DNA from: Alphaproteobacteria bacterium
Lineage (GTDB): Bacteria > Pseudomonadota > Alphaproteobacteria > UBA828
DNA: 64,000 bases
Assembly (NCBI GenBank): GCA_965214705.1
Contig: OZ243972.1
Location: 3,072,001-3,136,000 of the forward strand
Direction: 5' to 3'
Notes under the pieces: model-generated
Database searches by the model: none
Told to the model about the DNA's origin: nothing
Seen by the model: the letters and a program-made list of their open reading frames with translations, nothing else
Part shown: positions 9,648 to 20,811 of the stretch, in pieces
How positions within the stretch are numbered: the first letter of the stretch is position 1
How the letters are laid out: each line of letters starts with the position of its first letter
Translations under genes and position numbers: made by a program

Positions 9648-11327
9648 ATGAACGTATCGTCGCGGGCGAATGCGTCTGACCCGATCACGCTCGAGGTCGT
9701 TCGGCACAAGCTCGACGGCATCGCGAACGAGATGGAGGTGACGCTCCTGAAGAGCTCGTTTTCTCCGATTGTGAAGGAGGGCCAGGACGCATCTGCGACA
9801 CTGTTCACGGTGGAGGGGGAGACCCTGGCGCAGGCGATTGCGATCCCGATTCACATGGCGACCCTGATCCCGATCGTTCGGACGATCCTGCGCACCCATC
9901 CGCTGTCAGACGTGCGCGCGGGCGACATCTACATCATGAACGACCCCTATCTGGGGGGCACGCATCTGCCGGACATCGCGTTGGTGATGCCGGTATTTCA
10001 CGAAGGGACGGCGGTGGCGCTGAGCGCGTGTCTCACGCATCACCAGGACGTTGGCGGCATGACGCCGGGATCGATCCCGACGAACGCAACGGAGATTTTC
10101 CAGGAGGGCGTCCGAATTCCGCCGCTGAAGCTGTGGGACGCGGGCCGGGTGAACGAGACGCTGGTGGGACTGTTGAAGCGCAATGTTCGTGCGCCGGAAA
10201 TATTCATGGGCGATCTGAACGCGCAGATTGCAGCATGCACGGTTGGCGCGCGGCGAGTACGTGAGCTTGCGTCGCGTTATGGCCACAACCGCCTGGTTGG
10301 GATATTCGCAGAGCTGCTGGATCGGTCGGAGGCGATGACGCGGGCGGCGTTGAGCCGGATCCCGCCAGGTACGTATCGCAATGTGGACCATCTGGACAAT
10401 GACGGGATCGAACTCGACCGTCGGGTTCGGGTTGAGGTTGCGGTGACTGTCGGTGACGGCGCGGTGTCGTGCGACTTCACGGGGACGTCGGACCAGGTGA
10501 AGGGACCGATGAATTGCGTGCCGTCCGGCTCCTATGCGGCGGCGTACTTTGCGGTTCGCGCCGTGACGGACCCGAGCATTCCGACCAACGGCGGCTGCTT
10601 CCGGCCGGTCGAGCTGACGCTCCCGGAAGGTAGTCTCGTCAATCCCATCGAACCCGCACCGGTCAATGCGAGGACTCCCACGATCAAGCTGATCACGAAC
10701 ACCATCCTGGGCGCTCTGAGGGACGCATTGCCAGATAGGATTCCGGCGGACAGCGCCGGCGAGACGATCACGCAGGTCTTCGGAATGAAACGCGCCGACG
10801 GCGCCTCATTCGTCGCGGGCGAGATGCTGGCGGGCGGCAGCGGCGCGAGCAACGGCGACGATGGCATCGACGTGATCGATACCGACGCGACCAACTGCAT
10901 GAACCTGCCGGTCGAGTCCTTGGAGACGGACCTGCCGATACGTCTCAGGCGCTTCGAGCTGGTCTGCGATTCGGGCGGGGCCGGGCGCCGGCGAGGTGGC
11001 CTCGGCAGCATCCGGGAATACGAAATTCTGGACGGGGAGATCACCTTCAGCCACCGGGGCGAGCGCTACTTCCAGGCCTGCGCCGGCTCATCGGGCGGCG
11101 AGGCCGGAGCGTCGGCAAGCGGCAGCGTCTATCGAGCGGACGGGGGTGAGGAGACGGTCCCATCCAAGCTCGCGGGCGTGCTCCGCAAGGGTGACCGTCT
11201 GGTGCTCAAGACGCCGGGCGGGGGCGGCTTCGGCGATCCCAAGGAACGCGACCGTGCCCTCGTCGAGGACGACGTTCGGAACGGCAAGGTCAGCGACAAG
11301 GCTGCGCGGGAGGTCTACGGCCTGTAG
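9648..11327 (+). CDS. hyuB: hydantoinase B/oxoprolinase family subunit
   Basis: DPITLEV, SPIVKE, NDPYLGGTHLPD, HHQDVGG, TPGGGGFGDP. Confidence 0.92.
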   Translation: MNVSSRANASDPITLEVVRHKLDGIANEMEVTLLKSSFSPIVKEGQDASATLFTVEGETLAQAIAIPIHMATLIPIVRTILRTHPLSDVRAGDIYIMNDPYLGGTHLPDIALVMPVFHEGTAVALSACLTHHQDVGGMTPGSIPTNATEIFQEGVRIPPLKLWDAGRVNETLVGLLKRNVRAPEIFMGDLNAQIAACTVGARRVRELASRYGHNRLVGIFAELLDRSEAMTRAALSRIPPGTYRNVDHLDNDGIELDRRVRVEVAVTVGDGAVSCDFTGTSDQVKGPMNCVPSGSYAAAYFAVRAVTDPSIPTNGGCFRPVELTLPEGSLVNPIEPAPVNARTPTIKLITNTILGALRDALPDRIPADSAGETITQVFGMKRADGASFVAGEMLAGGSGASNGDDGIDVIDTDATNCMNLPVESLETDLPIRLRRFELVCDSGGAGRRRGGLGSIREYEILDGEITFSHRGERYFQACAGSSGGEAGASASGSVYRADGGEETVPSKLAGVLRKGDRLVLKTPGGGGFGDPKERDRALVEDDVRNGKVSDKAAREVYGL

Positions 11328-11399
11328 ACCACGAGTGGATAACCAAGAGAACACCGACAAAGAATTACTCAGGGAAATGAAGATAGGGAGGCCTAACCA

Positions 11400-12599
11400 A
11401 TGCGCAAGATAACGATGCTGGGCGCAATCGCTGCGCTCGTAGCCGGTGGCTTGGTTCAGACCGCGGCCGCCGAGGAGGAATCCATAACGGTGGGCTTCGC
11501 GATCGCACAATCCGGCTGGATGCAACCGTACGACATTGGGCCGGCGCGCATGGCAGAGCTTGCCATCGAGGAGATCAATCAACGCGGCGGCTTGCTCGGG
11601 CGACAGCTTGTGACCAGCTATGCCGACACCAAGACCGACGTGGCGCAGAGCGCGAAGGCCGGCGGAGAGCTCATCGATGAAGGCGCCGACTTCCTGGTCC
11701 TGAGCTGCGACTACGACTACGGCTCGCCGGCCGCGCTTGCCGCCGAGGATGCCGGCGTCGTGTCAATGTCAACCTGCGCGGGCGACCCCCTCATGGGCAT
11801 TCAGGGCGTTGGACCGCACACCTTTACCGCGGCGCTCGCGGCACAGGTCCAGGGCGCCGTCGCCGCGGAATGGGGCTATCAGACGAAGGGCTATCGCAAC
11901 GCCTACGTTCTTCTCGATACCTTCATCGAGTTCAACAAGTCGGTCTGCGCGGGGTTTGACTGGGCCTGGGAGCGTTTACCTGACGCCAAGGTCGCGGGCA
12001 ACGATACTTTCCATTTCAATGATCCGTCGATTGCTTCGCAGATCACGCGCATCAAGAACAGCGCCGAGCAGCCGGACGTCATCATGATCTGCTCGTTCCC
12101 ACCCGGTGGCGCGACGGCGATCCGCCAGATGCGGGCGGCCGGTATCGACGTGCCGATCCTCGCGGGGCAGGGCTTCGAGGGTAACTTCTGGCTCGAATCC
12201 GTGCCGAATCTTGGTGAGTTCTATCTGATGGGCGTCGGGTCGGTCTACGGCAATGACCCGCGCGAAAAGGTTCGCGAAGTGGTCGACAACTACAAGAAGA
12301 AGTACGACGAGCCGCCGGTCTCGGCCCATAGCCTGACCGGCTATCTGGTCATCGAGATGTGGGCGAACGCGGTGGAGAAGGCGGGAACGACGGAAGGCGG
12401 AGCGGTGGTCGCTGCGCTCGAGTCCTTTCGAGACGAGTCGACTTTCGTTGGCCCGAGGACGTTCACCGACGAACTCCATATCGCAAATCAGGGCACATTC
12501 CTCATGCTCGAGGTCGTCGACGGACAGCACAACGCGCTCGACCTCTTCACCAACCAGGATCCGGTGCCCGAGAACGTGCTCTTCCGGGTCAAGGAGTAA
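11400..12599 (+). CDS. branched-chain amino acid-type ABC substrate-binding protein
   Basis: signal peptide; LAIEEINQRGGLLGRQL; LivJ/K-like. Confidence 0.88.
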   Translation: MRKITMLGAIAALVAGGLVQTAAAEEESITVGFAIAQSGWMQPYDIGPARMAELAIEEINQRGGLLGRQLVTSYADTKTDVAQSAKAGGELIDEGADFLVLSCDYDYGSPAALAAEDAGVVSMSTCAGDPLMGIQGVGPHTFTAALAAQVQGAVAAEWGYQTKGYRNAYVLLDTFIEFNKSVCAGFDWAWERLPDAKVAGNDTFHFNDPSIASQITRIKNSAEQPDVIMICSFPPGGATAIRQMRAAGIDVPILAGQGFEGNFWLESVPNLGEFYLMGVGSVYGNDPREKVREVVDNYKKKYDEPPVSAHSLTGYLVIEMWANAVEKAGTTEGGAVVAALESFRDESTFVGPRTFTDELHIANQGTFLMLEVVDGQHNALDLFTNQDPVPENVLFRVKE

Positions 12600-12664
12600 A
12601 CTTAGGCGGTATTTGTAACGTTCGCGCGGGGCAAGCCGGACGCTGGGTCCCAACTGCCCCGCGC

Positions 12665-14464
12665 TTACGTCTGGTCCAGGTCGGCGCGGCAATCGCGCGT
12701 TGCGTCGTCGTCGACGGCAAGCGAGTCGTCCGAGGCCGAGCCTGTCAGCACCACGCCGTACACGTCGCGAGCGCGCTCCGGCGTTTCCCAATCCTCCAGC
12801 ACGTCGTGCAGCACCCGCGTGGGCGTGCGTTCCAGCGGGTCACCGTAGCCGGCACCGCCGCCCTCGAGACCGCGAATCAATTCGTTGGGCACGACATCGA
12901 CCTGCACGAAGTTCGCGAGCTTGGTCTCATCACCGTTCGCGCTGATCTTGTAGGTCGCAGCCAGATAGCCGTCTTCTCCGCCGCGCGCGCCCTTGGGCGC
13001 GAAGTGCTGGCCGTCGGACGGGATTATGACCGTCATGGTATGCGCCTTCGGCCCGTAGATCACCTCGGTTGCCGGTGCCCCGCGGTAGCGCCCGGCGCCA
13101 CCCGTGCCCGCGACGATCCTGATCGATTGCACTTCTATGGGATACTTCGCCTCGTTGAGCTCGACGCTGTCGCGGTAGACCATGCCCGAGCCCGTCGGCA
13201 TGCAATAATTCAGCCAGCCGTCGGCTTCGGGCCCGCCGGGTCCGCCGCCGAGGCTCAGGAACAACTGGTTGATGTAGGGTTCGTTGCCGCGGCGCGCGTC
13301 GTACCCGGAGACCACGGCCATCGCCGCACCCATGCTTACGGCGCCTTCTGCCAGACCATAGCCGTCGCCCAGCATGGCAAAGGCGCCCTGCGTCGCATTG
13401 ACCAGGCGCTCGCCGACATTCGTCGTCGAGACCGAGCAGCTATGTGGGAAAGATGGGCGGCCAACGACGCAGCCGTCCCTCAGATGCACGTTGATACGAC
13501 GGAACGAGCCGGAGTTGTGCGGGATGTCGGATTCGACGCAATTGAAGATGCCGGTGACGACATTGTTGAGGCTGCACACCTCCGACTCGTTGAGCCCGCA
13601 GTCGACGCAGTCGATGTTGTCGCGCAGGTCGATATCGATCATCGCGCTGTCCGGATCGACTTCGACGATGACCTTGACCGGGATTCCATCCGGAAGAATC
13701 GGTTCCAGCGGGTCGTGGGCGCCCGTGTTGACGAGCCGCGCCTTCGGCAGCTCGCGGATGGCCTGGGCCATCCGCTCCTCGGAGTAGTCCAGCCACGTCT
13801 CCGTGAAGGACTTGATCGCGTCCTTGCCGTACTTGGCACAGAATTGCTTCAGGCGGCGTTCCCCGATACGGGCCGCTCCCAGCGCCGCGAGGAAGTCGCC
13901 GTACCATTGCTCGGGCACGCGAATTCGCGTGCGGCACATGCGAATGATGTCGTCGACCATATCATAGTCGCGCTGAACACGGACGCAGGGGAAGATGAGC
14001 GCGCCCTCCTCGTAAATGTCCTTTGCGAATGCGTGATAGGTCGACGGAACGCTGTTGCCGATGTCCGCCTGATGGGCCTTCGCACAGACCGTGAAGAGCT
14101 GCTCGCCTTCAAAGAACACTGGCACCATGACGGTCTGATCCGCGGCGTGAGTGTTGCCGAGATAGGGATCGTTATGGAGAAAGGCATCGCCTTCCGCCAA
14201 GTCGTCATGCAGATCGTGCATGGACTTGGTCTGATAATGGGAGCCAAAGATATGCACCGGCAGCCCCTCGGCGACCGAAATAAGCTGGTCATCCGCAGTA
14301 ACGACAGCGCAAGAAAAATCCCGCGCGGCGGCAATTACGTTGGAGCGTGCCGCGCGCAATAGCGTGTTGGACATCTCGCGCACGATGCCGTCGAGGCGGT
14401 TGGCCAGGACAGCGGTGAGCACAGTATCGCTACCAAGGCGGCGAGACCCTTGTTCAGCAGCCAT
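12665..14464 (-). CDS. hyuB: hydantoinase B/oxoprolinase family subunit (HQADIGN subtype)
   Basis: NDPYLGNTHAAD, KAHQADIGNS, GGGAGYGDPLER. Confidence 0.9.
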   Translation of the reverse strand: MAAEQGSRRLGSDTVLTAVLANRLDGIVREMSNTLLRAARSNVIAAARDFSCAVVTADDQLISVAEGLPVHIFGSHYQTKSMHDLHDDLAEGDAFLHNDPYLGNTHAADQTVMVPVFFEGEQLFTVCAKAHQADIGNSVPSTYHAFAKDIYEEGALIFPCVRVQRDYDMVDDIIRMCRTRIRVPEQWYGDFLAALGAARIGERRLKQFCAKYGKDAIKSFTETWLDYSEERMAQAIRELPKARLVNTGAHDPLEPILPDGIPVKVIVEVDPDSAMIDIDLRDNIDCVDCGLNESEVCSLNNVVTGIFNCVESDIPHNSGSFRRINVHLRDGCVVGRPSFPHSCSVSTTNVGERLVNATQGAFAMLGDGYGLAEGAVSMGAAMAVVSGYDARRGNEPYINQLFLSLGGGPGGPEADGWLNYCMPTGSGMVYRDSVELNEAKYPIEVQSIRIVAGTGGAGRYRGAPATEVIYGPKAHTMTVIIPSDGQHFAPKGARGGEDGYLAATYKISANGDETKLANFVQVDVVPNELIRGLEGGGAGYGDPLERTPTRVLHDVLEDWETPERARDVYGVVLTGSASDDSLAVDDDATRDCRADLDQT

Positions 14465-14477
14465 GTTTCCCGTTCTC

Positions 14478-16583
14478 CTATTCTGCGCCCGTCTCGTCGT
14501 CCGTCCCCCTGATCGTGAGAAGGAAGTTGCCGGCTCCGCTGAGCCGGGCGGACATTCCCGGATAGACGACGATGGTTGTGGTCGGCTCTTCGACGATGGC
14601 GGGCCCTTGGACCCGGCTTCCGGGGGCGAACGCGGCGCCCAGGTAGATCGGGACTTCGGTCGTTCCCCCCTCGCCGAAGAAGGCCTCGCGTCTGCTGTGC
14701 ACCGGGGGCTCGCCGGCGGCTTCCGGTTCGCCGACACGGTCTCCTTGAGCACGCGAGAGATGCACCGTGATCCTGCCCTTCCAGTTCAGGCACTCGACCG
14801 GGTTGCCCTCGTCGACGACGGCAAAGACGCGCTCGTGGACAGCATGGAACGCAGCTATCAGCTTGTCCACGTCGGCAACGCTGCGAAACCGCCGACTCGG
14901 CAATGCCACGTCGAGTTCCCAGACCTGATAGAGGTAGCGCGCTTCGACGAAGAGCTCCAACTCGAAGGATTCCAGGCCGCGGCCCTCGAGCGTCGTCTTG
15001 AACCGCATGAGCTCGTCCTCGATGCTCTGCAGCACGCCGTTAACACCGTCGTAATCGAAGTCGTTGGTGATCGTGAGGCGGCTCACGCTGTGCTCGGCGA
15101 CGATGTCCGACAGCTGCATCCCCCACGCGCTCAGCGCGCCGGCGGTGCGCGGCAGGACGATGCTCTCGCAGCCGAGCTCCCTGGCGATCGGCATGATGCT
15201 CAACCCTGCAGCGCCGCCACCTGCGACGAGGGTGCTCTCCTGCGGGTTGATTCCCTGATTGATGGTGATTTCCTGGATCGCCTTGATCATATGCTCGTTG
15301 GCGAGGGTCATGATCGAGAACGCTGCCTGCTCTACCGACTGATCGAGATTCTCCGCCACACCCGTGACGACCCGGCGTGCGGCGACGGTGTCGAGCTTCA
15401 TGCGCCCGCCCAGGAAGTAGTCGGGATCGAGGTAGCCGAGCACGAGCGCCGCGTCCGTTACCGTGGGCTCGTCGCCGCCGCGTCCGTAGCAGGCGGGACC
15501 CGGGTCGGCGCCGGCGCTTTGCGGCCCGACTCGCAACAGACCCCCCGAATCAATCCAGGCGATCGACCCTCCGCCCGCCCCGATACTCCGGACATCGACC
15601 GAGGACATGCTGATGATGTGACCGGTCCATTGGCCTCCGAGCCACGTGTCGCGGGTGAACACCAGCCGGCCATCCCGCACCAGGCCGACATCGAACGTGG
15701 TGCCGCCAGTGTCACAAATCACGACGTCGTCGGCGAGGTCCTCGACCTCGGCACACGCGCGGCCCGCGACCGGTGCCATCGCCGGGCCCGACTTGATGCT
15801 GTGTATCGGCCTCTCAGCAAGCGCCTCGACATGCATGCAGCCGCCTACGGAGGTGCTGATGAGGACTTCGCCCTGGTAGCCGGCGGCGCGCAAGTCCTGA
15901 TTCATCTCGCGCAGATGGCTCTGCATGAGCGGCTTCAGGGAGGCGTCGATCGCCGTCGCCGAAGCGCGACGGTATTCGCGGATGATGGGGATGAGCTTGT
16001 GGGAGAGCGTGTAGGGCACGTCTGGCAGGTGTTTCTCGATCAAGTCGGCCATAGCCAGTTCATGAACCGGATTGACGTTGGACCAGAGAAAACACACGGC
16101 GACCGCTTCGAAATTCTGCGCATTAAGTCTCTCGATAATCTCGGTCGCGCTGGCGACATCGAGCGGGATCCTGACCTCAGCCTCCGAGCTGATCCGCTCC
16201 GACACCTCGAACGTGTAGCGCCGCGGGATATAGGGCTCAGGATAATCGATGCTGAAGTCGTGAGGGTGGTACTTGCCACCTTCGCGGAAAACGAGAATGT
16301 CCCGGAAGCCTTCGGTGGTGACCAGGGCCGTCTTGGCGACGGTGTTCTGGACGATCGCATTGGCTGCCCGCGTGGTGCCGTAAATCAGGATGGTCGTCTG
16401 GCCGAGCAGCTCGTCGAGCCCCATGTCCAGACCGGCCGCAGCAGCCTCCATCGCCGCCCGCATACCGCTGAATATGCGATCCGGCGTCGTCAGCGCCTTC
16501 TCCGTGAGGAGCACGCCCGTCTCGTCGGCGACCACGACATCGGTGAAGGTGCCGCCCGTATCCACAGAGATTCGGTAAGCCAT
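14478..16583 (-). CDS. hyuA: hydantoinase A/oxoprolinase family subunit
   Basis: VDTGGTFTD, SGPAMAP, DTGGTTFDV, GAGGGSIA, GPQSAGADPGPACY. Confidence 0.92.
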   Translation of the reverse strand: MAYRISVDTGGTFTDVVVADETGVLLTEKALTTPDRIFSGMRAAMEAAAAGLDMGLDELLGQTTILIYGTTRAANAIVQNTVAKTALVTTEGFRDILVFREGGKYHPHDFSIDYPEPYIPRRYTFEVSERISSEAEVRIPLDVASATEIIERLNAQNFEAVAVCFLWSNVNPVHELAMADLIEKHLPDVPYTLSHKLIPIIREYRRASATAIDASLKPLMQSHLREMNQDLRAAGYQGEVLISTSVGGCMHVEALAERPIHSIKSGPAMAPVAGRACAEVEDLADDVVICDTGGTTFDVGLVRDGRLVFTRDTWLGGQWTGHIISMSSVDVRSIGAGGGSIAWIDSGGLLRVGPQSAGADPGPACYGRGGDEPTVTDAALVLGYLDPDYFLGGRMKLDTVAARRVVTGVAENLDQSVEQAAFSIMTLANEHMIKAIQEITINQGINPQESTLVAGGGAAGLSIMPIARELGCESIVLPRTAGALSAWGMQLSDIVAEHSVSRLTITNDFDYDGVNGVLQSIEDELMRFKTTLEGRGLESFELELFVEARYLYQVWELDVALPSRRFRSVADVDKLIAAFHAVHERVFAVVDEGNPVECLNWKGRITVHLSRAQGDRVGEPEAAGEPPVHSRREAFFGEGGTTEVPIYLGAAFAPGSRVQGPAIVEEPTTTIVVYPGMSARLSGAGNFLLTIRGTDDETGAE

Positions 16584-16597
16584 GCTCGATCTCCCGG

Positions 16598-17671
16598 TCA
16601 TCGCTTCGGCAGGGCCGTGCCGATCGGGCGCGCCCTATAGGTGTAGTCGCGCCACGGCCACAGGACCTCCCGGTTCCGCGTCAGCCCGCCCCGGCGAAAC
16701 AGCAGGATGAGCAGCATCACGATGGCGAGACCGATTTCCTGCCCACCGAGCGGGATCGATAGCGCGGCACCAGCAACGTCGACGCCCCCCTCCAGTTGCC
16801 GCAGCAGCTCGATCAGCGTGGACAAGATTACTACACCCACGACGGCGCCCGTTAGGCTTCTCATGCCGCCCACCACCAGCATCGCAAGCGTGATGAAGGT
16901 CAGATCCAGGTAAAAGGAATTGACGATGAGGGCGCCAATGAAGTGCGCGTGCAGCACGCCCCCGATCCCTGCAAAGAATGCGCTGAGCGTGAACGCGATG
17001 AGACGCTGGCGAAGCACGTCAACGCCGGCCGATCTCGCCGCTGTCTCGTCCTCCCGGGAGGATTGCAGCGCGAGACCGTAGCGCGAGATCTGGTAGAGCT
17101 GCGCGGCGGCGATTGCGGCAACGGCCCAGGCGAGGGCGACCCAGGCATCAACATACTTCGGAATGCCCACGATCGAGCTCGTGCCAGCAGTCACAGATTC
17201 CCAGTTGCTGTAGACGATGTGGACGATGGCGAGAAAGCTGAACGTGCCGATGGCGGCTGCGAGACCGCGAAGGCGCATCAGCACCAAGCCGATGAGGAAG
17301 CCCACCAAGGCGGCAAGCAGGCCGGACATTATCGCGGCCGGAAAGAGGGGCACCGTCGTGTCGATGAGTGCATCCGGCAGGCCCGTCAGCTTGAGCTTCT
17401 TGAGCGACGGTCGGCACGTCTGCCAGGCAACTGCGTAAGCGCCGATTGCGGTGAAGGCGATATGACCGAAGGAGAGCACGCCCGAATTGCCGACGAAGAT
17501 GTAGAGTGCGACGACCAGCACAATGCGGATCAGCCCCTCGGTGACGGTCCTCTCCAGGCCCCGGTCACCGAAGCTCGCTACCAGCGCAACGATGACGAGG
17601 AGCCCTGCGGACAAAACCAGAAACGGCCAAATCCGTTGAGCCAGACCAACGAGTAGCGCGGCGCGGATCAT
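16598..17671 (-). CDS. livM: branched-chain amino acid ABC permease
   Basis: hydrophobic; SFGHIAF, REDETAARSAGV, VVGGMRSLTGAVVG. Confidence 0.88.
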   Translation of the reverse strand: MIRAALLVGLAQRIWPFLVLSAGLLVIVALVASFGDRGLERTVTEGLIRIVLVVALYIFVGNSGVLSFGHIAFTAIGAYAVAWQTCRPSLKKLKLTGLPDALIDTTVPLFPAAIMSGLLAALVGFLIGLVLMRLRGLAAAIGTFSFLAIVHIVYSNWESVTAGTSSIVGIPKYVDAWVALAWAVAAIAAAQLYQISRYGLALQSSREDETAARSAGVDVLRQRLIAFTLSAFFAGIGGVLHAHFIGALIVNSFYLDLTFITLAMLVVGGMRSLTGAVVGVVILSTLIELLRQLEGGVDVAGAALSIPLGGQEIGLAIVMLLILLFRRGGLTRNREVLWPWRDYTYRARPIGTALPKR

Positions 17672-18586
17672 CTAGATGCGTTCCTCGAACGCCCTCACGC
17701 GGATCAACCCCTGAGGGCGGAACAGCAGGATCAGGATGACGAAGAGGAACACGAAAGCGTCGCGGTATGGTCTTAGCTCGATCGGGAGCAGCGCCTGGAG
17801 CAGAACACTGCCGACGCCAACGACGAACCCGCCAAGCGTGGCACCGACCAGGCTGCCCATACCACCGATCACCGTGGAGACGAAGGCGACCAGAAGCAGC
17901 GGCAGTCCCATCTGGTAGCCGAGCACGCCGGTCTGAGTCACGAGCAGCAAGGAGACGACCCCGGCCAGCGCGCCGCTCATCCCGAACGCTATGCCGATGA
18001 TCACGTTCGCCCGAATGCCGAGCATTCGAGCCATCCTGAAATCCTCGGAGGCCGCACGCATCTGAATGCCGTGAGGGGTGTAGCGCAGGAACAGGCCGAA
18101 CGTGATCATGAGCGCGAGAGTCGTCGCGACGGTGACAATCTCCAGCTTCGGTATGCGCAAACCCACGACCTCGATCGGCACATTGAGGTCGGACCACAGA
18201 TTCACGGCCTTCGGGCGGCTGCTGTAGACGGCGAGGATGACGTGCTGGATCAGATAGCTCAGCGCGAACGCGCCGATCATCATGGTGGAAGGATCCGCCG
18301 TCCGCAGCGGCCGGAAGACAATAATTTCGGTGAGAAGCGCAAGAGTAACCACCGTCGCGATGATGGCGGGCACGAGAAAATGCGCCGGCAGGTCGCCGAC
18401 CACCAGGACCGCGATCGGGTTGAGAGAAGGCAGGATCAGCGCGTAACAGCCGACCGTTATGAAGTCGCCGTGCGCAAAGTTGACCAGCCGCAGGACGCCG
18501 AAAATAAGGCCGATTCCGAGAGCGGCCAGCGCGTAGAGACTGCCGAGGCTAATCGCGTCGATGAGATGCTGCAGGGCAATCGTCAC
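17672..18586 (-). CDS. livH: branched-chain amino acid ABC permease
   Basis: GSLYALAALGIGLIFGVLRLVNFAHGDF; FRPQGL; GTG start inferred. Confidence 0.88.
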   Translation of the reverse strand: MTIALQHLIDAISLGSLYALAALGIGLIFGVLRLVNFAHGDFITVGCYALILPSLNPIAVLVVGDLPAHFLVPAIIATVVTLALLTEIIVFRPLRTADPSTMMIGAFALSYLIQHVILAVYSSRPKAVNLWSDLNVPIEVVGLRIPKLEIVTVATTLALMITFGLFLRYTPHGIQMRAASEDFRMARMLGIRANVIIGIAFGMSGALAGVVSLLLVTQTGVLGYQMGLPLLLVAFVSTVIGGMGSLVGATLGGFVVGVGSVLLQALLPIELRPYRDAFVFLFVILILLFRPQGLIRVRAFEERI

Positions 18587-18753
18587 CGCAGGCCCCCGCC
18601 TGTCCGCTTTCGGCCTCAACCGAGCCGGGTCGAACGCGAACAGTCTATCCGAACCTCGGGGAGCTTGAAATTCGGCGGCCTCGTTCAACCGCATCGCAAG
18701 AGACGCTACTCTGCGATGGATCGTCAGCTGGGCGAGAGCGAGGAGCGAGTCGC

Positions 18754-20811
18754 ATGACGGCAGCCAGGCAGGTCGCGGAGATCGGCGTCGACGTTGGGGG
18801 CACATTTACCGATGTCGTCTGCCGACGCCCTGGTCTGCCTCCGACCATCATCAAGGTGCCAACGACGCGCGACGATCCTTCCTTGGGCGTGCTCTCTTCG
18901 CTCGCCCGCCTGAAGGAGGAATTTCAGGTTGGAGCCGAGGAAGTGGTCCGCTTCGTGCACGGGACGACCGTCGCCACGAACGCCGTCATCGAGCGCAAGG
19001 GCGCGCCGGTCGGCATGCTCACGACGGAGGGTTTTCGGGACAGCCTCGAGATCGGCCGCCAGATTCGGCGCGCTGTCTACAGCATCATTTTGAAGCCCGA
19101 GACCCCGACGTTCCTCGCCCCGCGCGCGCGCCGGAAGGGCGTGAAAGAGCGCATCGCGGCGGACGGAAGCATTCTCGTTCCGCTCCATGAGGACACCGTG
19201 CGCCGTGCCGCCGCCGAGCTGGTGGAAGATGGCGTCACGGCCATCGCGATATGCTTCCTGTTCTCGTTCCTCAACCCCGCGCACGAGCGGCGCGCCCGCG
19301 ACGTCATAAACGAGAGCTTTCCGGACCTGGACGTATCGATCTCGTCGGAGGTCGATCCGGCCTTCCGCGAGTATGAGCGGACGGTGGTGACCGCCTTCGA
19401 CGCCTACATCAAGCCGGTGGTGGACGGGTATCTGCATCGCCTGTCGGAGCGCCTGGAGCAAGAGGGCATCAGGGCACCGCTCCAGATCATGCAGTCCCGC
19501 GGCGGCATCTTTTCTGCCTCGATCGCACGACAGCGGCCGGTGCGCCTCTTTCTCTCCGGCCCGGCGGCGGGCGTTATCGGCGCGCGTGTCGTCGGCCAGG
19601 CGGCCGGCGTCGAGAATCTCATCACGATCGATATCGGCGGTACGAGCTGCGACACATCGCTGATCAGGGCCGGGCAACCCACGCTCCGCTCCGAAGGCGT
19701 GATCGACAACTTTCCGGTGCGGGTGCCGATGGTCGACGTCAACACCTTCGGTGCGGGCGGCGGCAGCATCGCGTGGCTCGACGAAGGCGGCGGGCTTCGC
19801 GTGGGGCCGCAGTCGGCCGGTGCCGAGCCTGGCCCCGCCTGCTATGGACGAGGCGGCGAGGAAGCGACCGTCACAGATGCCTCGCTTGTCCTCGGCTACA
19901 TCAATCCCGACTACTTTGCCGGCGGCACCGTGCAGCTGCAGCCTGCGCTGGCCAGGGAGGTCATCGCCGAGAAGGTGGCTGGGCCCCTCTCACTGACGAT
20001 CGAGCAAGCCGCGCTAGGCATCCATCGGGTGCTCAATGCCCAGATATCGGAGGGCATTCGCCTGGTCTCGGTTCGACAAGGCCTGGATCCGCGCGACTTC
20101 GCCTTGATTGCACTGGGCGGGGCTGGGCCGTTGCATGCGACGGCGCTCGCCAGCGATCTCAGCATTTCGACGATCATCGTGCCGCAGCATCCGGGCGTGC
20201 TCTCCGCAGCCGGCCTGCTGGCGGCGCAGACCGAGCACGAGCTGTCGACAGCTTTCCCGCGCATGATGGAGGGCCTCGCCGTGAGCGACATGCGCGAGAC
20301 GCTGGAAGCGCTCGACAAGCGATGTGCGGCGCTCATGGAGACGGAGCGGGTCGCTGCCGCCAACGTAGATATCTACTACTTCGCCGACATGTGCTACGTC
20401 GGACAGGGTTACCATCTGGAGATCCCGCTCGACCTGGCCGCGGACGACCCCATCGCGCGGCTCTACGAGGACTTTCTGGAGGTTCATGACCGCGTATTCG
20501 GACACAGCACCCGAAGCCCCGCACGGATCGTCAATCTTCGGTCCGTTCATCGGGCCGGAGTCCCGGGGGCGGCCGCCGACTCGCCAGTGCTTCCCGCGAC
20601 AGGCCGGGCGCGGAAGGGGACACGATCAATTCTGCTTCCGGAGACCGACGGCGCGACCGAGGCAGCGATCTACGAACGCGCCCAGCTCAAGGAGGCAGAT
20701 GACATCGACGGGCCCGCAATCATCGAGCAGCACGACACGACCACGCTGATCGAGCCCGGTTGGTGCGGCCGGTTGGATGGCTGCGGCAACCTCGTCATCA
20801 CGCGCGCCTGA
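18754..20811 (+). CDS. hyuA: hydantoinase A/oxoprolinase family subunit
   Basis: GVDVGGTFTD, HGTTVATNA, SGPAAGV, DIGGTSCD. Confidence 0.92.
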   Translation: MTAARQVAEIGVDVGGTFTDVVCRRPGLPPTIIKVPTTRDDPSLGVLSSLARLKEEFQVGAEEVVRFVHGTTVATNAVIERKGAPVGMLTTEGFRDSLEIGRQIRRAVYSIILKPETPTFLAPRARRKGVKERIAADGSILVPLHEDTVRRAAAELVEDGVTAIAICFLFSFLNPAHERRARDVINESFPDLDVSISSEVDPAFREYERTVVTAFDAYIKPVVDGYLHRLSERLEQEGIRAPLQIMQSRGGIFSASIARQRPVRLFLSGPAAGVIGARVVGQAAGVENLITIDIGGTSCDTSLIRAGQPTLRSEGVIDNFPVRVPMVDVNTFGAGGGSIAWLDEGGGLRVGPQSAGAEPGPACYGRGGEEATVTDASLVLGYINPDYFAGGTVQLQPALAREVIAEKVAGPLSLTIEQAALGIHRVLNAQISEGIRLVSVRQGLDPRDFALIALGGAGPLHATALASDLSISTIIVPQHPGVLSAAGLLAAQTEHELSTAFPRMMEGLAVSDMRETLEALDKRCAALMETERVAAANVDIYYFADMCYVGQGYHLEIPLDLAADDPIARLYEDFLEVHDRVFGHSTRSPARIVNLRSVHRAGVPGAAADSPVLPATGRARKGTRSILLPETDGATEAAIYERAQLKEADDIDGPAIIEQHDTTTLIEPGWCGRLDGCGNLVITRA

